Numbered from the stretch's first letter, positions 8,378 through 15,064 are shown. The stretch is 28,168 nt of DNA from Dehalococcoidales bacterium (GCA_030620035.1 JAUXAE010000001.1:1-28168), one strand, 5' to 3'. A program made the numbers and translations. The notes: a model not told the origin generated them from the letters alone.

Positions 8378-9358
8378 ATGAAGGCGGCTGACGAACCCAT
8401 TGCTGTTGATAGTTTGGCCAGACTCAATGAGTATGGCCCTGATGATCTTTTTATCTGTTGTGCCGGTTTTGAGGACAGGTGCCTGGCCGCCGCCGCCAAG
8501 ATGGGCGCCAACTTCCGGGTGAGATTTAGCATAATCTTTGTTATTGAGGAGCCGCGCTACCAGAAACTGGTAGATACCAACCTCTATAAATTACAGACCC
8601 TGCTGGCGAGAAGGACAGCTGAAGGCCTCTTTGTCATCCGGTGCCAGCGGGATGACCCCATTGACGCCGTTAATCAGCTAAAAAACATCTGGAGCCGTTG
8701 CCAGCCCAAGGATGCCGAAGAGCCCTTTATCACTGTTGATATTAGCGGCTTTACCAAGGTCTACCTGCTGGGACTGCTTTACTTTCTGGTCGCCGAGTTA
8801 AATCTGGGCATTCCCCGCATAATCCATACCACGCAGACCTATTTACCAACCAGGCTGACCCAGGGTGTGGCCCAAATATCCACGGTGACCAACTTTTTTG
8901 GCGGCATATCCATTGATAAGCAGACCGTTCTGGTGCTGTTTCTGGGCTTTGAGCCGGAAAGGTCGCTCAGCGTCTGGAAACACTTTAATCCGGCCCGGAC
9001 GATTGCCCTGATAACCACGCCGCGCCAGGGCAATGTTGACTATCTTAGATACGCTGAAAAAAATAATTCCTACCTGCTGTCACAGCCTTCTGTTGAGGTT
9101 AGGAATGTGCCCGCCGACAACCCGTATGCTGTCCGCAATGTCCTTGAGACCATCTATGATGAGACCAAGGGCTTATTCAACATGGTTACCGGCCCCTTCG
9201 GCACCAAACCCCAGACGGTGGGCCTCTTTCTCTTCTGGCTGGAGCATCCCAGGGTGCAGGTGGTTTATTCCTATCCTGTTGAGTACACCAAGTCTTACCT
9301 GAAGCGAAAGACGGGGCCGACCTTGATACTGCCCCTGGCCCCGGCGGTCAGGGCTTAG
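8378..9358 (+). CDS. Uncharacterised 326-aa protein with two tandem Rossmann/CARF-like alpha-beta units
   Basis: Long ORF with its own promoter. Repeated motifs LFICCAGFEDR / LVLFLGFEPER and ITVDISGFTK / MVTGPFGTKP. The fold assignment is inference. Confidence 0.6.
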   Translation: MKAADEPIAVDSLARLNEYGPDDLFICCAGFEDRCLAAAAKMGANFRVRFSIIFVIEEPRYQKLVDTNLYKLQTLLARRTAEGLFVIRCQRDDPIDAVNQLKNIWSRCQPKDAEEPFITVDISGFTKVYLLGLLYFLVAELNLGIPRIIHTTQTYLPTRLTQGVAQISTVTNFFGGISIDKQTVLVLFLGFEPERSLSVWKHFNPARTIALITTPRQGNVDYLRYAEKNNSYLLSQPSVEVRNVPADNPYAVRNVLETIYDETKGLFNMVTGPFGTKPQTVGLFLFWLEHPRVQVVYSYPVEYTKSYLKRKTGPTLILPLAPAVRA

Positions 9359-9807
9359 CCTTCAATCCGGGACTTTAACGCCTTATATCCGGCGGCCATT
9401 ACCCGGTCGTGGTTTCGCGCCAGCAGTGGCTTGAAAAGTAGACCGGCAAGGTTCATCAGCCAGCCGGTGGTGGTTATTTCCCAGAGGAATCTGGTCCTGG
9501 TCTCATCGCCGTCTGGCGCAAGCGTCCAGAGGCCAATCCCCCGTAAATCGCCGCTGCTTTTGAGAAGCAGCCTTTTATGAGGTTCAATTTCACTTACTTC
9601 TAGAGTGAAGTTGAGGTCTCCCAGCAGTCCTTTTACGGCCGCTTCTAATAAGGTGCCCACCTTAAGGGTCTTGTCGTCGCCCCTGATTTGGCATTTCTTG
9701 AGGCCCGGCCACCATGCTGGCATGGACTCGGCGTCCTTGATTACTTCCCAGACCCTCTCGACAGGGGCCTTAAATGACCATTCCGTTACAAAGTGATATT
9801 TCAGCAT
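9355..9807 (-). CDS. SRPBCC/START-fold (polyketide cyclase/dehydrase-like) protein
   Basis: FVTEWSFKAPVERVWEVI.D....P.WWPG and G.G.WTL.....T...F.W. The ATG at 9807 is preferred to the GTG at 9849. Confidence 0.85.
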   Translation of the reverse strand: MLKYHFVTEWSFKAPVERVWEVIKDAESMPAWWPGLKKCQIRGDDKTLKVGTLLEAAVKGLLGDLNFTLEVSEIEPHKRLLLKSSGDLRGIGLWTLAPDGDETRTRFLWEITTTGWLMNLAGLLFKPLLARNHDRVMAAGYKALKSRIEG

Positions 9808-10006
9808 CTTGTTCAAGGCCGCCCTGTAACCTGGAATATAATACAGCACCCGTCTTAAATCATCAAAAAACTGGCCAGACGGTCGCTTGATACCGATGGC
9901 TTGACCTTGAGCCAGCCTGGATAAACTAATTAACTAAAGATTCACTAGACTGGTGGTTGTATGGTCGCTAGTTACCTTTGGTTGGGCAAAATAGCCTAGA
10001 GACTAC

Positions 10007-10035
10007 TTGACATTGCCTGGTGAATGGTTTATCAT
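10007..10035 (+). promoter_or_regulatory. Near-consensus sigma70 promoter for the DUF5679 gene
   Basis: TTGACA (10007-10012), 17 bp, TATCAT (10030-10035); SD AAGGAGGT at 10051-10058. Confidence 0.8.
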
Positions 10036-10065
10036 TTAGGGCAAAATCCAAAGGAGGTAGCTTGA

Positions 10066-10206
10066 ATGCAAGGATACTGCATGAAATGCCGAACCAAGAG
10101 GGAAATGAAGGACACCAGGGCCATAATCATGAAGAACGGCCGACCGGCGACTCAAGGAGTATGCTCGGTATGCGGCACCAAGATGTTCAAGATAGGCAAG
10201 GCCTAA
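10066..10206 (+). CDS. DUF5679-type small basic zinc-ribbon protein (46 aa), absent from the ORF track
   Basis: MQGYCMKCRTKREMKDTRAIIMKNGRPATQGVCSVCGTKMFKIGKA*. Two CxxC motifs, a perfect SD, its own promoter and a terminator. Confidence 0.9.
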   Translation: MQGYCMKCRTKREMKDTRAIIMKNGRPATQGVCSVCGTKMFKIGKA

Positions 10207-10234
10207 CCTATATATTATAAACTGTCTGTTGCTT

Positions 10235-10279
10235 AAAGAGGCTGGGTATTTCGTCTGTAGGGATGCCCGGCCTCTTTTT
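10235..10279 (+). terminator. Intrinsic terminator after the DUF5679 gene
   Basis: AAAGAGGCTGGGTAT pairs with ATGCCCGGCCTCTTT (15 bp, two G-U), running into TTTTT at 10275-10279. Confidence 0.75.
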
Positions 10280-10322
10280 GGGCTGGGCATTAAGCGGCGG
10301 CAACAGGGAGCTCCTATTTAGC

Positions 10323-10374
10323 CCCCTTGACAATAGTCTGTTTTGACTATACACTTGTCAAAACCTATGTCCAG
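10323..10374 (+). promoter_or_regulatory. Promoter/operator of the HTH gene (copy B)
   Basis: TTGACA (10327-10332), 17 bp, TACACT (10350-10355). Inverted repeat ATAGTC-N6-GACTAT (10333-10350) fills the spacer. ATG at 10367. Confidence 0.75.
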
Positions 10375-10732
10375 GCAGGGTATGACCATAGCCCAGGCGG
10401 CCAAGTCGCTGGGGGTATCGACCCGAACGGTAAGGCGCTATATTAAATCGGGCAAGATTGATGCCCGACTAGTCAGCGGGCCCTTTGGTGAAGAGTACCG
10501 AATCCTGGCTCTGCCCCCGGAGCTTTATCGGTACCAGCCCCTGGACAATACCCCTAGCCAGACCCCTGTCCAGGCTATGGACATCGTCAGGGAGCTTCAG
10601 GAGAGGAACCTGACCTTAGCCGCCCAGTTTGGTGCCGCCACCGAGCGTATCCGAAATCTGGAGAACCAGATAAAGCTCTTAACAGCGGCCAAACAGCCCT
10701 GGTGGCGGCGGCTTTTCTCAAGGAAGGGCTAG
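10367..10732 (+). CDS. MerR/excisionase-like HTH protein with coiled coil and C-terminal amphipathic helix (RacA-like architecture)
   Basis: MTIAQAAKSLGVSTRTVRRYIKSGKI (HTH), VRELQERNLTLAAQFGAATERIRNLENQIKLL (heptads) and KQPWWRRLFSRKG tail. Start at ATG 10367 or 10382, not 10343. Confidence 0.85.
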   Translation: MSRQGMTIAQAAKSLGVSTRTVRRYIKSGKIDARLVSGPFGEEYRILALPPELYRYQPLDNTPSQTPVQAMDIVRELQERNLTLAAQFGAATERIRNLENQIKLLTAAKQPWWRRLFSRKG

Positions 10733-11295
10733 GCGGGGCGCATCAGCTTCTGCCTTGTCCTGACATAATGGGTGAGACCCACCAGGCAGGGTAGCCCGAT
10801 GCTATAAGCCACCAGCCCTCCGGAAACCCCCAGCCACCAGGAGACCAGCGACAGGGGCAGAAATAGAACGACACTGGCCAAAACTACATTCTTGGTTTTA
10901 ATCAGAACGGCGGCGGCCATTGCCCCTAATATCAGCATCGGCTGGGTTACCAGAATCAGCAGTACGCCAATAGTGGTTGCCTCGCCGCGGCCACCCTTGA
11001 AGCCGATAAAGACGGGCCAGTTATGTCCGATAATGACGGCGGCCCCGGTAGCTAGGATGGCCAGTTGGGGGATATTGACCGCCTGGGCAACAAGAATAGC
11101 CAGTGCTCCCTTGCCGACATCAACAATGCCTACGGTAACCCCTATCCTGGCCCCCAGCTGGCGGAAGGCATTTTGGGCGCCGACATTACCGTCGCCCATT
11201 TCCCGGATGTCCCTACCCTTAACGAGGCGTCCGGCAATATAGGCGGTAGGGATGGAACCCAGTAAGTAACCCAAAATCACTATCAGGTAAAACAT
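10729..11295 (-). CDS. plsY: Glycerol-3-phosphate acyltransferase PlsY
   Basis: GYLLGSIP, DIR..GDGNVGA.N..R, DVGKG, GHNWPVF..FKGGRGEAT. True start is the ATG at 11295; the track extension runs through a tRNA. Confidence 0.93.
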   Translation of the reverse strand: MFYLIVILGYLLGSIPTAYIAGRLVKGRDIREMGDGNVGAQNAFRQLGARIGVTVGIVDVGKGALAILVAQAVNIPQLAILATGAAVIIGHNWPVFIGFKGGRGEATTIGVLLILVTQPMLILGAMAAAVLIKTKNVVLASVVLFLPLSLVSWWLGVSGGLVAYSIGLPCLVGLTHYVRTRQKLMRPA

Positions 11296-11318
11296 AGCAA
11301 TATTATGCTCTATTTTAA

Positions 11319-11403
11319 TGGTGCCGGGGGTGGGACTCGAACCCACAAGGATTTCTCCGACGGATTTTAAGTCCGTTGCGTCTGCCACTTCCGCCACCCC
11401 GGC
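11319..11403 (-). tRNA. tRNA-Leu(TAA)
   Basis: GCCGGGGTGGCGGAAGTGGCAGACGCAACGGACTTAAAATCCGTC...GGTTCGAGTCCCACCCCCGGCACCA. Long variable arm, encoded CCA. Confidence 0.97.
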
Positions 11404-11416
11404 TTTGGCAAATGAT

Positions 11417-11445
11417 ATTTTACAGCGTTTGGTGAAAGGCTTCAA
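11417..11445 (-). promoter_or_regulatory. Promoter of tRNA-Leu(TAA) (and probably plsY)
   Basis: TTGAAG (11445-11440), 17 bp, TAAAAT (11422-11417). Confidence 0.7.
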
Positions 11446-11484
11446 GTAGACAGAGGAAAAACCATTTGTTATAGAGTGGAATGG

Positions 11485-11516
11485 TGCTATAATATAACTA
11501 AACATAATATAAAGGA
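11485..11516 (+). promoter_or_regulatory. Extended -10 promoter and SD of the AT-rich gene
   Basis: TGcTATAAT (11485-11493) and AAAGGA (11511-11516). Confidence 0.6.
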
Positions 11517-11525
11517 AAAATAACT

Positions 11526-12509
11526 ATGGACGTCATATATCAACTAACATTCTTCCTAGCCCTAGCAGTGCTTGCTATATTGGTAACAATTTTTGTTTTT
11601 GCGGTGTCTTTACTGGGTCGTGCATTAGAAAGGGCTTCAAAGGAAAAAGAGAAAACCTTGGAAGCACAAAAAGAAGCTACTGAAAAAGAAATAGCTGGGA
11701 TACAAAAACAAATTTCCAAATTATTGAAGAAAGAACACATTAAGAAAGAACTAGGAGAACTGGAGAAAAAACTTAGACAATTGAGGAAACAAGGCGAAGA
11801 ATTTGAAAAGAAAATAAGTAAAATTGGGAAAGCCCCAGAACTGCTGACAGTAAGGGGCGGTGTGATTCCTCCTGCAAGGATTTTAGCAATAGCGTTAATT
11901 CTCTGTGGTGTAGCCCTCGTTTTATATGAATCACAAATTGTTATCGCAAATCTTCTTTGGGTTTTAGGATTGGCTGCAATATTCTATAGCGTTTGGTGTA
12001 TTTACCAGTCTCTAAAGGTCATTGAAAGCGTTGCCATAACTTCTGAAGAGGCAGCTTTAGTTAGAGAAGTACAAGCGTTGAAGACGGCTTTCAGAGAATA
12101 CGATGAGGAGAAGAAACCAGAACTGATATTAGTATGGAAAAAACAACAGCCCCCTTTCCATACTAAGGCAGACTCTACCAAGAAACTTCTGTTTGGTCTA
12201 TATCTAACGAGGGGGGATGTTGCCGATGATGCAGATGTTATGTTATACGCTCCCCCGGGATTTAGCTTCCCCGATAGAAGCTCAATAACTCAAGAGGCAG
12301 ACCACCCTATCGCTCCAGAATTTGTCAGTGCTTGCGTTTACTACGGAGCACCGATTATAAGAGGAGGTACTGTTGCTCAAGAGGTCAACATTAAAGCACC
12401 GACTGCCGTGGGCAAGTTTGAAGCTTATTACCGAGTGTCATGCAGGGGCTTTTGTGGCGAGTATAAAAAATTTGAGATTGTAGTTGAAGAAGTGGATATA
12501 TCATCTTAG
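11526..12509 (+). CDS. AT-rich hypothetical membrane protein (TM, coiled coil, 2 TM, beta-rich C-terminal domain)
   Basis: 327-aa ORF with SD. Lys/Glu-rich heptad region at about aa 33-100. Low GC (16/60 at 11701-11760 versus 35/60 at 13201-13260). No family recognised. Confidence 0.8.
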   Translation: MDVIYQLTFFLALAVLAILVTIFVFAVSLLGRALERASKEKEKTLEAQKEATEKEIAGIQKQISKLLKKEHIKKELGELEKKLRQLRKQGEEFEKKISKIGKAPELLTVRGGVIPPARILAIALILCGVALVLYESQIVIANLLWVLGLAAIFYSVWCIYQSLKVIESVAITSEEAALVREVQALKTAFREYDEEKKPELILVWKKQQPPFHTKADSTKKLLFGLYLTRGDVADDADVMLYAPPGFSFPDRSSITQEADHPIAPEFVSACVYYGAPIIRGGTVAQEVNIKAPTAVGKFEAYYRVSCRGFCGEYKKFEIVVEEVDISS

Positions 12510-12548
12510 AATCAGGTAGTTGGGTTTCAAAGCATTTGCAAAATAAAC

Positions 12549-12623
12549 TGGAGGCGACGGGCGGATTCGAACCGCCGAATAAGGGTTTTGCAGACCCCCG
12601 CCTTGCCACTTGGCTACGTCGCC
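12549..12623 (-). tRNA. tRNA-Cys(GCA)
   Basis: GGCGACGTAGCCAAGTGGCAAGGCGGGGGTCTGCAAAACCCTTATTCGGCGGTTCGAATCCGCCCGTCGCCTCCA. Confidence 0.97.
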
Positions 12624-12662
12624 CCCTAAAACCCGCTTACCTTTGCGGCACCCATATTCAGT

Positions 12663-12737
12663 TGGAGCGGAAGATGAGATTCGAACTCACGACCTCCTCC
12701 TTGGCAAGGAGGCGTTCTACCGCTGAACTACTTCCGC
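12663..12737 (-). tRNA. tRNA-Gly(GCC)
   Basis: GCGGAAGTAGTTCAGCGGTAGAACGCCTCCTTGCCAAGGAGGAGGTCGTGAGTTCGAATCTCATCTTCCGCTCCA. Confidence 0.97.
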
Positions 12738-12745
12738 CTTTATTC

Positions 12746-12832
12746 TGGTGCCGAGAGGGAGATTTGAACTCCCACGAGCTTAACGCTCACTAGCCCCTCA
12801 AGCTAGCGTGTCTGCCATTCCACCATCTCGGC
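12746..12832 (-). tRNA. tRNA-Leu(GAG)
   Basis: GCCGAGATGGTGGAATGGCAGACACGCTAGCTTGAGGGGCTAG...GAGTTCAAATCTCCCTCTCGGCACCA. Long variable arm. Confidence 0.96.
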
Positions 12833-12834
12833 GC

Positions 12835-12911
12835 TGGCAGGAGTGGGAGGACTCGAACCCCCGACCTGCGGTTTTGGAGACCGCTGCTCTAGCCAGCTGA
12901 GCTACACTCCT
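12835..12911 (-). tRNA. tRNA-Trp(CCA)
   Basis: AGGAGTGTAGCTCAGCTGGCTAGAGCAGCGGTCTCCAAAACCGCAGGTCGGGGGTTCGAGTCCTCCCACTCCTGCCA. Confidence 0.97.
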
Positions 12912-12925
12912 AATTCCAGATAAAT

Positions 12926-12954
12926 ATATTAGCACAAATTAGGGCAAATGTTAA
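12926..12954 (-). promoter_or_regulatory. Promoter of the Trp-Leu-Gly-Cys tRNA operon
   Basis: TTAACA (12954-12949), 17 bp, TGcTAATAT (-10 at 12931-12926). Confidence 0.7.
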
Positions 12955-12969
12955 GGGCTAAATCAGGCC

Positions 12970-13977
12970 CTAGCAGATGCGGGGCAGTAGCTCACCGGTG
13001 AGCATATCCACTATCCGGGTAGTCCCCAGGAGCGTCTTCATAGTTACCCGGCCCGGATGCTGGGCAACAACCTCGCCGATTAGGACGGCACCCCGGCCGT
13101 AGCCGTTTTGCTTCATCGCCTTAAGAATCTGGCCGGCATACTCAGGCGGCACAATGGCCACCAGCTTGCCTTCATTGGCCACATAGAGGGGGTCAAGACC
13201 CAGTAGCTCGCAGGCGGCCCTTACCGCCTCATGGACCGGTATCCTCTCTTCGTCTATGTTGATGCCGACACCGGACTGGGCCGCCAGCTCGTTTAGGGTG
13301 GTGGCCAGCCCTCCCCGGGTAGGGTCGCGCAGGCAGTGGATATCCTTAGAGACAGCCAGCATATCGGCCACCAGGGAGGCCAGCGGGGCGCAGTCGCTCT
13401 CAATGGGTATCTTAAAACGCAGGCCCTCTCGCTGTGACATTATGGCCATGCCATGGTCACCGATGCCGCCGCTTAGGATGACCTTATCGCCGGGGACGGC
13501 GTTGGCACCGGAAATATCTACCCCTGGCGGGATGAGACCGATGCCGGCGGTGTTGATAAAGAGCTTATCGGCGTTACCCTGATTAACCACCTTGGTATCA
13601 CCGGCGACTACTTTAATACCGGCCTCTGAGGCTGCTCTCTGGATTGAGCCGACAACCCTCTCCAGCTCATCAAGGGGCAGCCCCTCTTCTATGATGAGCG
13701 ACAGGCTGAGGTAGCGGGGCGAGGCGCCGGACATGGCCAAGTCATTGACTGTGCCGCACACCGCCAGCTTGCCGATATCGCCGCCGGGGAAGAAGATGGG
13801 GCTGACCACATAGCTATCGGTGGTGAAGGCCAGGCGGCCGGAAAGTGAAAAAACGGCGGCATCATCCAGTTTGTCCAGGATCTGGTTGGAAAGCGGCCGG
13901 GCCAGGCTTTTCTTGACTAGGTCGTGGCTTAAGCGCCCGCCGCTGCCGTGGGCCAGCAGAATCCTTTTATTAGCCAT
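12970..13977 (-). CDS. hypE: Hydrogenase maturation carbamoyl dehydratase HypE
   Basis: ILLAHGSGG, FTTDSYVVSPIFFPGGDIGKLAVCGTVNDLAM, RDPTRGG and C-terminal LPRIC. True start is the ATG at 13977, overlapping the hypD end. Confidence 0.97.
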   Translation of the reverse strand: MANKRILLAHGSGGRLSHDLVKKSLARPLSNQILDKLDDAAVFSLSGRLAFTTDSYVVSPIFFPGGDIGKLAVCGTVNDLAMSGASPRYLSLSLIIEEGLPLDELERVVGSIQRAASEAGIKVVAGDTKVVNQGNADKLFINTAGIGLIPPGVDISGANAVPGDKVILSGGIGDHGMAIMSQREGLRFKIPIESDCAPLASLVADMLAVSKDIHCLRDPTRGGLATTLNELAAQSGVGINIDEERIPVHEAVRAACELLGLDPLYVANEGKLVAIVPPEYAGQILKAMKQNGYGRGAVLIGEVVAQHPGRVTMKTLLGTTRIVDMLTGELLPRIC

Positions 13978-15064
13978 GCCCGCCTCCGAAGTGATAGTAA
14001 GCGGCGCAGGTTCCCTCGGATGAGACCATACAGGGCCCCACCGGCTGCTCCGGGGTGCAGGCAGCGCCAAAAAGCTTGCAGTCCAGCGGCGTGGCTACCC
14101 CGCGCAGTATGGCCCCGCACAGGCAGCCGGCCGGCTCTTTAGGAGGCTCCTCAACACGGATGTCAAATGCCCTCTCGGCATCAAAGGCGGCAAATTCATT
14201 CCTGATTCTTAGTCCGCTGCCGGGCAAGGTGCCGATGCCCCGCCAGTTGGCCGGGCAGACTTCAAAGACCTGCTCCATTAGTTTCAGCGCCTGTCGGTTG
14301 CCCTCGGGGCGCACCGCCCGGGGATAGGCTATCTCCACCTTGGGCTGGCTACTCTCAATCTGCTCAACCAGCAGGCTGACGCAGTAGAGGATATCCAGTG
14401 GCTCAAAACCGGAGACGGCGCAGGCAATACTGTAGTTCTGGGGGATAAAATCCCAGGCCTGGGAACCGATGATGGTGCTGACATGGCCCGGACAGACGAT
14501 GCCGTCAAGCCTGATTTCCCCGGAGTCAAGCAGCACCTTGGTCACCGGCGGCGTCAGCTTGTGCAGCGAGATGACATAGTAGTTCTTCAGCCCCTCAGCT
14601 TCAGCCTGCAGGATGGAAGCGGCGATGGTTGGCGCCGTGGTCTCAAAGCCGATGCCGACAAATACCACCGGGCGGTCAGGGTTCTTGCGGGCGATATCCA
14701 GGGCATCCAGTGTCGAGTATACTACGCGGATGTCGCTACCCTCCGCCCGGGCTTCCTGCAGGCTGGAGCGGCTTGAGGGTATCTTGAGCAGGTCGCCGAA
14801 GGTGGCCGTAGTTATTCCGGGCAGGCGGGAAAGGGCGATAACCCTGTCCAGGTCTTCGGTGGCGGTAACACATACCGGGCAGCCGGGGCCGGAGAGCATC
14901 TCTATGTTGGGCGGCAGCAGCTGGCGGATGCCGTATTTGAAGATGGCCACGGTGTGCCCCCCGCAGAACTCCATCAGCCGGGCCGGCTTTTTAGACCTCT
15001 GGACTATCCTATCTATCAGTTTCTTACCGCTCTGGCTGTTGCGGAACTCGTCAACAAACTTCAT
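13970..15064 (-). CDS. hypD: Hydrogenase maturation protein HypD
   Basis: MEFCGGH, SGPGCPVCV, GFETTAP, PGHVS and CTPEQPVGPCMVSSEGTCAAYY. Confidence 0.97.
   Translation of the reverse strand: MKFVDEFRNSQSGKKLIDRIVQRSKKPARLMEFCGGHTVAIFKYGIRQLLPPNIEMLSGPGCPVCVTATEDLDRVIALSRLPGITTATFGDLLKIPSSRSSLQEARAEGSDIRVVYSTLDALDIARKNPDRPVVFVGIGFETTAPTIAASILQAEAEGLKNYYVISLHKLTPPVTKVLLDSGEIRLDGIVCPGHVSTIIGSQAWDFIPQNYSIACAVSGFEPLDILYCVSLLVEQIESSQPKVEIAYPRAVRPEGNRQALKLMEQVFEVCPANWRGIGTLPGSGLRIRNEFAAFDAERAFDIRVEEPPKEPAGCLCGAILRGVATPLDCKLFGAACTPEQPVGPCMVSSEGTCAAYYHFGGGHG

Noticed and set aside
8242-8532. 96-aa minus-strand ORF
   Set aside because: Antisense to the 8378 gene and spans two promoters; no motifs and no SD.
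10020-10290. Track ORFs 10020..10220 (+) and 10036..10290 (-)
   Set aside because: Both overlap the real 46-aa gene (10066-10206), which has the SD, promoter, terminator and CxxC motifs. Neither has comparable support.
11296-11505. N-terminal extension of plsY in the ORF track
   Set aside because: It runs through tRNA-Leu(TAA) and its promoter; PlsY homology starts at MFYLIVILGY.
11404-12548. Active integrative element or prophage at tRNA-Cys
   Set aside because: No integrase, and no duplicate of the tRNA-Cys or tRNA-Leu 3' end is visible at the other boundary. Kept only as a possible old islet.
12391-12793. ORFs 12391..12609 (-) and 12536..12793 (+)
   Set aside because: They are translations of tRNA genes.
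13978-14070. N-terminal extension of hypE
   Set aside because: It overlaps the conserved hypD C-terminus; HypE homology begins at MANKRILLAHG.
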